Shown: positions 12,349-23,477 of the stretch, piece by piece | How the letters are laid out: each line of letters begins with the position of its first letter | How positions within the stretch are numbered: position 1 is the stretch's first letter | Origin: Carcharhinus longimanus | Lineage: Eukaryota | Direction: 5' to 3' | Length of the DNA stretch: 64,000 bases | Assembly (NCBI GenBank): GCA_030264375.1 | Contig: JASCQW010000001.1 | Location: 71,110,188 to 71,174,187, forward strand | Notes under the pieces: generated by a model | The model's input: only the letters and a program-made list of their open reading frames with translations | Told to the model about the DNA's origin: nothing | Database searches by the model: none | Program-made: the position numbers and the translations under genes

Positions 12349-12544
12349 ACACAGTAAAAAGTCTGACAACACCACGTTTTAGTCCAACCGATTTATTTGA
12401 TAGTAAAGGCACAAGCTTTCGAGGTTTCCCTCTTCGTCAGGTGAATGGAGAGTTCTGGCCTCGGACGGAGCATATAAAGCACAGACAGTTTACAGATTAC
12501 TGATTAGAATGCGAATCTTTACACCTAACCTGCTGTTCAAGTCT
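12349..12544 (-). mobile_element. Penelope-like terminal repeat, runs into a gap
   Basis: Reverse complement of the 4174-4247 repeat plus upstream sequence containing a hammerhead core. Confidence 0.7.
12410..12443 (-). ncRNA. Minimal type I hammerhead ribozyme motif
   Basis: Minus strand CAC-CUGACGA-A-GAGG(GAAA)CCUC-GAAA-GC-UU-GUG: CUGANGA and GAAA boxes, 4-bp stem II, 3-bp stem I, palindromic AGCU in place of stem III. Confidence 0.75.
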
Positions 12545-13040
12545 NNNNNNNNNNNNNNNNNNNNNNNNNNNNNNNNNNNNNNNNNNNNNNNNNNNNNNNN
12601 NNNNNNNNNNNNNNNNNNNNNNNNNNNNNNNNNNNNNNNNNNNNNNNNNNNNNNNNNNNNNNNNNNNNNNNNNNNNNNNNNNNNNNNNNNNNNNNNNNNN
12701 NNNNNNNNNNNNNNNNNNNNNNNNNNNNNNNNNNNNNNNNNNNNNNNNNNNNNNNNNNNNNNNNNNNNNNNNNNNNNNNNNNNNNNNNNNNNNNNNNNNN
12801 NNNNNNNNNNNNNNNNNNNNNNNNNNNNNNNNNNNNNNNNNNNNNNNNNNNNNNNNNNNNNNNNNNNNNNNNNNNNNNNNNNNNNNNNNNNNNNNNNNNN
12901 NNNNNNNNNNNNNNNNNNNNNNNNNNNNNNNNNNNNNNNNNNNNNNNNNNNNNNNNNNNNNNNNNNNNNNNNNNNNNNNNNNNNNNNNNNNNNNNNNNNN
13001 NNNNNNNNNNNNNNNNNNNNNNNNNNNNNNNNNNNNNNNN

Positions 13041-13680
13041 AGTCTGCTCTGGTTTCTCAACCCCATTCTCCCACCATTTCCCCATAACCTTTGATCCCCT
13101 TACCAATCAAGAACCTATCTGTCTCTGTCTTAAATACACTCAATGTCCTAGCCTCCACAGTCTTCTGTGGCAACGAACTCCATTGATTCACCACCCTCTG
13201 GCTGAAAAAATTCCTCCTCATCTCGATTCTAAAGAGCTGTCCCTTTATTCTGAGGCTGTGCCCTCAGATCCTAATATCTCCTGCTAATAGGGAAATAGAA
13301 GAGAGGAACGGGAGGAGGCCATTTGGCCTTTCGAGCCTGCTCCACCATTCATTACAATTATGGCTGATTGTCCAACAAATAGCTTAATCCTTTCTCCCCA
13401 TAACCTTTGATCCCATTTGCCACAAATGTTATATCTAGCCACCTCTTGAATGGAAACATCTTTCCCACATCTACTCTACCCAAGCCTTTCAGTATTCTGC
13501 AAGTTTCAATAAGATCCCCCCCCTCATCCTTCTGAAGTCCATTGAGTACAGACTCCGTCTCCTCAACAGCTCCTCATACGTCAAGCTTCTCATGGCTGGG
13601 ATCATTCTTGGGAACCTCCTCTGGAGGGTCCAAAATTGCTCACTAGATTCCAAATGTAGCCTGACCTGAACCATATAAAT
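13041..13680 (-). mobile_element. CR1 3' region with a second CR1 3' end nested at ~13290-13450
   Basis: Minus ORF RRFPRMIPAMRSLTYEELLRR.SLYSMDFRRMRG; inner GGAGGAGGCCATTTGGCCTTTCGAGCC tail. Confidence 0.8.
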
Positions 13681-13891
13681 GTGGAAATTAGCTCCATAGA
13701 ACTGCATTCAGGACCACAACTAAATAATGAAACCATTGCATTGTGTCCAGCCAAAGAATGTTTAATCGTATACTCCTTTGTTTATAATCTTCACAATCTG
13801 TAGAACATCTTTAAGCTGACATCTGTATTGGTGTATTGTGTGGGCTCAGGGAACTTGTATGATGAAAGAATGGTAGTTGCAATTTAACTAG

Positions 13892-14615
13892 CTTTTCTTT
13901 AACTTCAGGAAGTAGGCTCAATAAACTTGTTTTTTTTTTAAACTCAGAAAACTTGTCATTGGAAGTGTACAATGCCTTTGTCAGTTGAAAGTGTACATAG
14001 TTGGGTTCCTACAGTATTGCATCCTCACTAAATTCCCAAAGCAAATCCTGTCATGGTCAGATTTGAAGTGGTACAATAGGGGAGTCATTTTCACCCATTC
14101 ACATGTGGTGTAACAATGGGTTAACAATGAATTGCGATACCTGGACCCGTTTGCAGGCCTTGATCAATTCCATGGCCAACATCTTTTGATGCATAATCTT
14201 GCCCAAGTTTATTAGAACACATTTGATGTCATACAGTCATTGTGGTTTAGAGCATGGAAACAAGTTGTCCATGCTGCCCACTTTTTACCACTAAGCTAGT
14301 CCCAATTTCCCGCATTTGGCCCATATCCCTCTATACCCATCATACCCATGTAACTGTCTAAATGCTTTTAAAAAAGACAAAATTATACCTCAACAAATTG
14401 TCCCAATGCCCGTTCTGACCAATGAAACCAAGCATTTGTTGTGAGATCTTCCTATTGTCAGCTATGCTGAGTTGCTCCAAACAGCTGTTGCCATAGTACA
14501 TTCTTTTCTTTAACTTCAGGAAATAGGCTCAATAAACTTGCTGTTTTTGTTTTAAACTCAGAAAACTTGTCTGGCTAATCCTTTGTCATTTGAAAGTGTA
14601 CAAAGATGTACATAG
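13892..14615 (+). repeat. Local direct duplication (~110 bp) at 13892-14000 and 14503-14615
   Basis: Both begin CTTTTCTTTAACTTCAGGAA(G/A)TAGGCTCAATAAACTTG and contain TTTTAAACTCAGAAAACTTGTC and TGAAAGTGTACA. Confidence 0.85.
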
Positions 14616-15679
14616 GGGATTGGGGGGATTTAGCCAGCAGAATGTGACTAAGATTGATCAGATAAAACTTAACCTGCAAATATGAAATCAATTATTCCTT
14701 TTCCCTACCAGTGGTGTTATGTAATGGTGGACTCACTGCCATTTGCTCACATAGAGCAAATGAGGAACAACAGCACATCAGTGGCAGCCATTTTTATATA
14801 TTGGCACTTCACAGCATTGGGTAGAGGGAGTATCAAAGCAAAAATTCCAGTTTTCTCCAGGTGTGTTGAATCCTTTGATCCTATTTCAGTTTGGAATTAA
14901 TGTGGAAAATTTATTTAGAGAGTGTAAGATTATTATATTAAAATGGTCAGGAGTCTATTTTAGTATAAATATATACCATTGTTGGACATCTAAAGCACTT
15001 CTCTGGGGGGTTCTGTTGCTTTCCCATTGAATATAATTTTCAGGATATAATTGCACCTATTTAGTTCTCAATTAATTTAATGTGTCAAGAAAAAGCAAGA
15101 TTTTAGAATTGTAGCAGGTGGGGGTTGGGGGGTTTGGGCAGATTATGCACAGGTCTGTTGATCTCAGGCAGAATTTTGTGATTTTGGGGTGAGTGCAGCC
15201 TGAAAATCCCACCCGTAGAGCCTAGATTGACAGGCATCTACTCCCCCTGTACCTGTAAGGGTAGCTCTCGGTAATAGTGAAGAGACAAGGGATGAGGAAA
15301 GACTAAAGTAATTGCAAACACAAATTTTCTTCGCATGAGGTGATTTTACCAATCAAATTTTTCATGCCATGGAATGTGATTTCATGAAACATCGTCCTGA
15401 AGTCAATCTAGCCTGCAAACAGTGCTGTTTAACTAGAGGGAGCTCCAACATAGCATTTGTCCAAGTAGGAATAGCACATTAATTTTCTTTGCTGTGCTGC
15501 GTCAGAGACTTCAGAAGTACAAAGTACAGTGAGTTACCCACTTGGCCTTGAGATTCATTTTTGGAACATTTTTGTATTAACAAAAAATTGAGTCCAGTGG
15601 TAATAGGGAATATCGAAGAAAACAAATGTCAAATTCTCCCATTTCTGAGTTCCAGAAAAGATGCTAATAAAAACACACT

Positions 15680-15815
15680 GGCCGGAATTCTCCTATCTTG
15701 CAATGACCGCTACTATTGCCAACGAGAACAGAGAATTTGGCGCTCAGCCAAATCTCCATTCACTGCAGCAGGACTGGAGAATCCCAGCCGCAAGCGAGGT
15801 CCGAGAATCTGGTCC
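15680..15815. mobile_element. MITE, Harbinger-like TIR family, copy B
   Basis: GGCCGGAATTCTC...GAGAATCTGGTCC; flanks ACT/ATT. Confidence 0.7.
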
Positions 15816-16144
15816 ATTATTTATTAATAAATCTTTTCCACTTCTTTATCATCTACTCCTGAAGCCATTGACTAATGCTCATATGTCTAAATATTGCTTC
15901 TTCCTTGTAGCCCAAATGTTTATTCTTATCACATTTGTTACTGAATAATAATTTGACATTTTCTCTGATATTTACCTTCCAATCTGATTGAATAGCCCCT
16001 ATTCAATGTAGTAGTAAAACCTGANNNNNNNNNNNNNNNNNNNNNNNNNNNNNNNNNNNNNNNNNNNNNNNNNNNNNNNNNNNNNNNNNNNNNNNNNNNN
16101 NNNNNNNNNNNNNNNNCGCTTCGACCCCCACACACACAACCCTA

Positions 16145-16145
<1 letters not shown>

Positions 16146-16209
<64 letters not shown>
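16146..16209. repeat. (CA)n microsatellite
   Basis: Perfect CA run of about 32 units. Confidence 0.98.
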
Positions 16210-16211
<2 letters not shown>

Positions 16212-16269
16212 CCCCTGTACTATCTACTCACATCTTCTTGTCATGTTCTTTTTGAGATATTTAAGCCTG

Positions 16270-16445
16270 GTAAAATCCCTGAAAGGGTTGTGGATGCAGA
16301 TTGAATTGTATCTTCAAAAGAAAATTGGCAAAGTACTTCAAAAGGAACTATCCGCCAGCAGAATGTGACTAATTAGACAGATCTTTCAAAGTTATGACAT
16401 AGATATGGTGGGCTGAATGGCCTCCTTCTGTTCTGTATGATTCTA
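16270..16445 (+). mobile_element. Old CR1 3' end
   Basis: GGGCTGAATGGCCTCCTTCTGTTCTGTATGATTCTA. Confidence 0.65.
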
Positions 16446-16759
16446 GGAAGCTACCTTGTTTGATTTCTTGTCACTGCTGATCTCAGCACAGTAGTTCAGT
16501 TGCTACAATTATCTTCAGTGTCCAGGGACAGGAAAAAAAAGAGTTTCTATTCCTAATCGCAAATCAAGTGACTAACTGCTAGACTTGCCAAAATTGCTTG
16601 ATTATGATATCAGATAGATTGTCTATACTCACCATGGGAGAAAGCTAACTCCTGCTCACCAATTTTCCCAGTGTGAATTTAACATTCAAACTCAAAACAT
16701 ATTAACTCCTACAAAGGTGCACTGGACACTTTATTGACTCAAGTTACATTCAGTCACCT

Positions 16760-17096
16760 TTTTAAAATTTATTTTACGAGATGTGGGCCAGCATTTATTG
16801 CCCTTCCCTTGGGCATTAGAGAGTCAACCACATTGCTGTGGATCTGGTGTCACATGTAGGCCGGATCAGGTAAGGATGGCAGATTTCCTTCCCTAAAGGA
16901 CATTGGTGAACTAGATGGGTTTTTACAACACTTGATAATGATTTCATGATCATAATTCAATTTTTAATTCCAGATTTTTATTGAATTCAAATGTCATTGT
17001 GGCAGGATTTGAACCCGAGTCCCCTGATCTTATTCTGAGTCTCTGGATTACTGGATTACTTGTCCAATGGCAATAACCACTGTGACATTGCTCCCA
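16760..17096 (-). mobile_element. tRNA-derived SINE (third family)
   Basis: GGATTTGAACCCG (B box, reverse); core GAGAGTCAACCACATTGCTGTGG...GGTAAGGATGGCAGATTTCCTT; second copy at 19775. Confidence 0.8.
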
Positions 17097-17669
17097 CTAT
17101 AGCACCTTAAATAGCCTTCGTGAATATGCAGATTGACCCTGTTAGATCTGAGGGTGAAAGAAATTCACTCAAAGTCACAAAGTTAACTGCAAAAACGGCA
17201 CAAATTATTCTGCCATGCTGGCTAACACCTGAACATGTGCTATCTGACCTTCCACCCTCTGGTTAGATGACCCCATTTATAATAGTGTATCTTATCCAAG
17301 TACCACATAGTGTCTAATACACATGACCACTTATATACACATACAATCAGCCATCACCATGATAGACTTCAAACATCAAATTTAGATATGTAAAGTCAGT
17401 ATGTGTTCAGTTCATGTCCCTCTTACCAGTGCTGAATGATGAATTATGTTACCAATGATCCTTATAAGAACTTTCGGAAGCTCTCAAGAATGAGGATTTT
17501 TTAAGAGAAACTCCAGCTTGTTGCTGGTGAGTTATCCCACCCTCTGGGATTATCACCCCCAAGACCTGGCCTGCCAGTTATAATCACCTATAAAGCATGT
17601 GATTTCCTGCCACCCTGACTGGTGAGTTGCCAGCTTGCTGCCATAAATTCCATCCCCTTGGTAATGCTT

Positions 17670-17860
17670 TGCCCTGGCAACTTGGCAACCTTAGCATCAT
17701 GTTTGACACCAAGATGAGCTTCCAATCACACATCTATGCCATCTGTGAGACTACCTATTTTCATGTTGTGACTTTGTCCAACTCCATCCATGCCTCACTT
17801 CATCATCTGCTAAAACATCCATCCATGTTTTTGTTATCTCTTCACTTGACTATTTCAATA
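17670..17860 (+). mobile_element. L2-like ORF2 C-terminal fragment
   Basis: NLSIMFDTKMSFQSHIYAICETTYFH resembles the L2 motif NLGVIFD..LSF..HI..I.K.AYFH. Confidence 0.65.
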
Positions 17861-18084
17861 TGAAGCCTGGAAGTTGATTCAGCAGAGGCCTCAAGCCTCC
17901 ATGGATCTCCATATGCAGTCATTGCAAGGATGACTTCAAGACTGTTTTGGACACAACTTGAATTTCTCAGCAATTGGCTTGACGTGCACATGAAGAATGG
18001 TCACTCAAATAAGATTGTGAAGGCTGATAAGTAGAATAATACCCCAGCATCAGCTAATGTCTCAAAGAGGGAACAAAAGGAATG

Positions 18085-18597
18085 ACTTATTCTTATATAC
18101 GTCCCTCACAACTACAGCGCATCCCAAAGCGCTTTACAGTTAATGAGATGCTTCAGGACTGCAACAACTGTTGTAATTTAGAAATTGCAGCAGCTAATTG
18201 GTGCAAGCAAACTCCATAAACAGCAATATGATATGACCAGATTATCTGTTTTAGCGATACTATTGAGAGGTAAATATAGGAGATAACTCCCCTGCTCTTC
18301 GTCAACATAGTGGCATGGGATCCTTTATATCCACTTGATAAGGCAGATAGCAGGACCTTTGTTTAATGTCTCATTCAGTTTTAAAGTTTCTTTATTAGTG
18401 TCACAAGTAGGCTTACATTAACACTGCAATAAAGTTATTGTGAAAATCCCCTAGGATACAAAACGTGATTCCTCCACTCCCTCAGTACTCCACCGGGCTT
18501 CAGCCTTGATTTTGTGCTCAGGTCCAAGAATGGGATTTAAACCCACTACCTTTACAGTTAGAGGCAAGAGTGCTACCAGCTGAGTCTCTGCTGACAC
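18085..18597 (-). mobile_element. SacSINE1/DeuSINE-like SINE with a SINE tail inserted at ~18380-18453
   Basis: CTCCCCTGCTCTTC..ATAGTGGCATGGGATC..GTTTAATGTCTCAT..CACTCCCTCAGTACT (Deu-like domain) and tRNA-like head GGGATTTAAACCC. Confidence 0.7.
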
Positions 18598-19774
18598 AAA
18601 GGTGAGAAAATACATAAGAACAGAAAGAAATCAGTCAAACATGACAGCAACCAATGCTACAAAGGATATCTACATATTTTATGACACCATAAATTGCCAT
18701 TGTAATTTGGGGAAATTTTCATGAAGGTATGTGGACTTTGTTTTGCAAATATGAAATATATTAAGATACAGATGTTACCAAACAGGAATAAGGGTGAATC
18801 GCAATCTTCTGCTGAGCCTAACTTAAATTCCAATAAAAATAAATCAGGACAAGGCACCTGCTTATCAGGCTTTGTCCGTGTCCACACTTTTAAGTTCAGG
18901 AATAAACCAGGAGTTTGTTTCATGCACCCCACATCATTGTGCTATTTACAAATCTATTTATAGGACAAGCAGCAGGGTCGCCTTGAAGTACTTTGACATC
19001 AATTCACACGGTCCCAGAGGGATGCACAGGGTAGGTGTTTGCGTGAGGAGCTCAGATCAGTCTGTGGTCCTTCCCTTCCTCATTCCTGTATGGCGACAGC
19101 AGTTTCATAATAACAACAAACATCCTGTAGCCTCACCTTAACTGAGCCCTTTGTTCACTAAATCTTCACATTTATCAGAAAATCTGACTTGCGTTTGGCA
19201 ATAAAGGCACCGAAAAGAAATAAATTCTACACTTCCTGGGCGGTTTCAGATAACTTTTGCTGGAGAGGAAAATTTCTAACTTTTCAAGTGCCTAGGCCTG
19301 AAAATTCTTGAGACTTTAAGCGTATTCCTGCTGTAATTTAGGCAGCAATATGACATGGAAATAAATGTTTACACAGAGGGGTATATTGACTTTGTACAGT
19401 GGGTGAATAAATATAATGGGTGAATAAAAAATAGCCCTTTTTACACCTCTCCTGAGTTTCATTTCCATTGAAAATGTATCCTAATTATATACGTCCAGAA
19501 GGTCCCTTCTTAACCTTCTCTCCAGACCATTCAGTTTAAGGTATTTTAATATTTGCTTATTATTCTTAGAATTCTGCTTGTCATGCTTTGCTGTACCCTT
19601 AAGCAACATGCATTTGTCCCATTGGTGATACAATGGACAAATTTCATAATGCATTCTACCACTGTGGAGTCTCAAGTTGCATATATTAGGAAACGGTAGG
19701 AAATGTTGATCGTAATATTCTGCATGGCAAGTTTTATAAATAAAATCTCAAGGGCGTCCTATTGCTAATTTCCC

Positions 19775-20115
19775 CTTTTTTTATTTGTGGGACATGGGCG
19801 TCGCTGGCTGGTCACCATTTATTGCCCATCCCTAGATGGGCAGTTGAGAGTCAACCATAATGCTGTGACTCTGGAGTCATGTGTAGGCCAGGCTAGGTAA
19901 GGATGGCAGATTTCCTTTCCTCAAGGATGTTAGTGAGTCATATGGGTTTTTCCACAATCGACAATGTTTTCATGGTCATCAGTAGACTTTTAATTCCAAA
20001 TTTTTTTTTATTGATTTCAAATTCCACCATCTACCGTGGCGGGATTCAAACCTGGGTCCCCAGAGAATTAGCTGAGTTTTTGGATTAACAGTCTAACAGG
20101 AATAACACCAGGTCA
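19775..20115 (-). mobile_element. tRNA-derived SINE (third family)
   Basis: Collinear with 16760-17096; GGGATTCAAACCTGGG B box, reverse. Confidence 0.8.
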
Positions 20116-20724
20116 ATGAGCAATACCAATAATAGGAATTCAGAAAGGTTGTCTACTGCTCCAAGTGAAGGAGATTGTGACTCAGTGCCCCTTGCTGTTT
20201 CCAGATTAGAAACTCCAAGTTTGCGGTCTCATGCTGGAACTTGTTGTCTGTGGAAAGAGCATTTGTGCTGTGCTGCAGTAGGTTGATAATGAGCCTGTAA
20301 TCCTGCCAACCCTTCCCTACTATATTCACAAAGGGAGAAAAGTGTATGTGAAGATATGAAACAAATTGTTCTGATGTAGTTCAGCCAGTGCTTTGTATAA
20401 TCATCTATTCCTTTGTTCTGGCTATGTATTCCAAAGCTGTTTTTTTTTAATTTGCTCTTAAAATTGTTTTGAGATTAAAATTGCCAAGGTTTTGAAATTG
20501 TGAAGCCTCGCAGTGTTAATTTACCACAATTCTTTCTTGTGGCGTGCAATAATTTCCATTTGTTAATGATTAATTTCATTTATAGCTCATTTGCAGCACT
20601 GATATAAATCTCTCCCTAAAATGTTAACTGCATTCTTTATTCTATCTTTTGTGGCTCAGTAGTTTGTAAATTTAAGCTTACAGATGACTGCTTTATCCAG
20701 GGCTTGAATTATATGCTTCTCATC

Positions 20725-21465
20725 TGGTGGGTTTTGAGGAGGGCAGGTGGAGATGCATGAAATCGCATGGTTGGGATTTCCTCTGGGATCCCACCTGGCC
20801 AAAACTGGACATAATATTACAGTAAGGCGGGCAGGACCTTGGATGGGAATCCCACCCTTATCCTTATTAAGACCCAAGTGGCTACTTAGGGGTCATTTCC
20901 CGCCTAGCCTCAATTTTCAAGCTGGTGGGTGCCCAAAGACTTGAGGGAAATAGAGAAAGTTCTCATCCTCGTATCTCGGTTGGGAAGGTGAGGGAGACAC
21001 CTCCACCAGAAGTCTGTTTCAAACTGGGACACCGTCCCTTCTCTCTACATCCACCCCAGCCCCAAGAACCCAAGATCTCCCCACCTTCCTCTGGCCCTGG
21101 CCTATCCCCTGACACTGAGATTGCCCACCTTGTGAGGCCCCCTCGCCCGACCAGCAGGGCATCTACTGTGCCCCCTTTGTGGGGATCTTTGGCACTTAAC
21201 TTGACACTGGCTCCCCGCACTTGTCTCAGGCATGGCATTGCAGTACCTCTTCTGGCCACTGCAGTGCTGTGCTTCGATGGACTGAGAGCTGGCGGACAGA
21301 TTGCCAAAGCGGGACTTACTTTGAAGTGGGGACAGAAGTCCCACTTGCTGCCAATCAATGCGTATTAAAGTGTGAAATAACAGTGTGCCTGTCAGAGATT
21401 GGAAAGGACATATTCTCCGCTGACTTGCCAGGTGCGTCTACCTGCCATCCTGAAAATTCAGGCCC
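20725..21465. mobile_element. Decayed GC-rich non-autonomous TIR element
   Basis: Ends CCTGAAAATTCAGGCCC, the same terminal pattern as the MITE family; left end degenerate. Confidence 0.45.
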
Positions 21466-21768
21466 AGGTTATTTATGTACAAGAATCGATAAGAGTCTGA
21501 ACTTTTAGTCCTGTGCTGAATTGTGACTTCACAAAACAGATGGGAGCAGGTCAGCCACCTCTTACGCATTGGAGTAAATAGAAATTGAAGCTGGGTGCTA
21601 ATGAACAGCTGAGTTGCAATTGGCCATCTTGTGCCATTGCTGGATTTGAGTTTCACACCTACATCGTCGATATGTACTTGCTGCTTTACATTTTTATCCA
21701 AAATGCGCACTTTGCTCCAGTCAAAATAAACCAAATCATAGGGAACTTCGCTCTTTATTTTACTTAGT

Positions 21769-21975
21769 GGCTGGAACTTTCTAGCTGTTCACGCCGGTGA
21801 GATCTTTTGGTCCTACCAATGGTGCACACCTACCTTGGGTTTCTTAGCAGCATAGGGAGGAGTCGATGGGAAAACCCATTGGCAGCGGCGGGACCAGAAA
21901 GCCCTGCCGCTGGTCAACGGGGCCGTGTCTCTTGCCATGAGAAAGATGCCACAGGGAAGACAAAGAATCCCACCC
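21769..21975. mobile_element. MITE, Harbinger-like TIR family, longer variant C
   Basis: GGCTGGAACTTT...AGAATCCCACCC; flanks AGT/AAC. Confidence 0.65.
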
Positions 21976-22344
21976 AACATTTCGAAAGAATTTGAGAGGT
22001 TGGTCAGTAGGACTTCCATATCAATGCTGCCAGACATGATGGTCACACAAGGAGGGCTCAGAGACCACTATAACCCCTGAGAAGTTGCTGGGCAGTGCCA
22101 CGTTGGCACTGATTTTCTTGCCAGAGAGCACACTTAAAAATCTTTTGGGAGAACTGCATCCTTTGTTCAACAGAAAGGAAAATAATCAAAAATAATGCAG
22201 CAAGTATTTGACTGAGTAAGAGAATTCAGAGCAAACTGTTTCCCTAAGTCCCAATATGAAAATATCTGTCAATTCTTCAGTGAGAGATATTTACTCATAA
22301 TTTAGAAGTTTCAGTTCTTTCATGTATTAACGCCTCCTGCATGG

Positions 22345-22836
22345 AGGCACAGTGGTTAGCATTGCTGCCTCACAGCGCCAGGGACTCGGGTTCGATTCTC
22401 GGCTTGGATCAATGTCTGTGTGGAGTCTGCATATTCTCCCCGTGTATGTTTGGGCTTTCTCCAATTTCCTCCCACGGTCCAAAAAATGCGCTGGTTAGGT
22501 GCATTGGCCATGCTAAATTCTCCCTCATGGCTGGCGGCACAGTAGCACAGTGGTTAGCAATGCTGCCTCACAACACCAGGGACCTGGGTTCAATTCTTGG
22601 CTTGGGTCATTGTCTGGTAGAATTTGCACATTTTGTGTCTGCGTGGGTTTCCTCTGGGTGCTCTGGATTCTTCCCACATTATGAAAGGCTTGCTAGTTAG
22701 GTGCATTGACCTGAACAGGCACCGGACTGTGGTGACGAAGGGAATTTTACAGTAACTTCATTGCAGTGTTAATGTAAGCCTTACTTGTGACGAATACATT
22801 AACTTTAACTCAACTTTAACATGAACAGGTGCCAGA
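22345..22836 (+). mobile_element. V-SINE type B with a second type B SINE nested at ~22533-22818
   Basis: Outer copy breaks at AAATTCTCCCTCA and resumes GAACAGGTGCCAGA after the inner copy's TTTAAC tail. Confidence 0.85.
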
Positions 22837-23261
22837 NNNNNNNNNNNNNNNNNNNNNNNNNNNNNNNNNNNNNNNNNNNNNNNNNNNNNNNNNNNNNNNN
22901 NNNNNNNNNNNNNNNNNNNNNNNNNNNNNNNNNNNNAACTGTTGGACTCTTGAGTTAGTCAATCCCTAATGGGGGTTGGCTGTTACTTGGCCCCTGTAGA
23001 GATTCCTGCGGCTAATTTGCTCCCAGTCTCTGTCCCCACCCTCTGCTGTTTTATGCCACTGTAGTCAATTAGACTGATTTTAAGTGTCACTCGCGCTGTT
23101 GTACCAGAGGCTCAAGCTTCCTTTTGAATGTACCTGGATGGCAAGTTGTCACCTTTGGGTTGGAGAGTATTTGAAACCAAATATTCCTTTTGGCTGATTT
23201 CATTTCTTGGTGGTCTTGCGTGCCAGTCAGGTTGCAGTCAAGATCATCACAGCTTTGTGGG

Positions 23262-23477
23262 GTGGGTGAGTGTGCAGAGTCTGCACATTCTCCCCACGTC
23301 TGCGTGGGTTTCCTCCCACAGTCTGAGACGTGCTGGTTAGGGTGCATCGGCCATGTTAAATTCTCCCTCAGTGTACCCGAACAGGTGCCAGAGTGTGGCA
23401 ACTAGGGGATTTTCACAGTAACTTCATTAGTGTTAATGTAAGCCTACTTGTGATATTAATAAATAAACTTTAAACTT
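23262..23477 (+). mobile_element. V-SINE type B, 5'-truncated
   Basis: GCCTACTTGTGATATTAATAAATAAACTTTAAACTT tail. Confidence 0.85.

Noticed and set aside
15999-16208. CVCVCV ORFs
   Set aside because: Translation of the (CA)n microsatellite.
22345-22400. tRNA gene-like A and B boxes, here and in many other places
   Set aside because: They are SINE heads followed by SINE core sequence; no complete cloverleaf.
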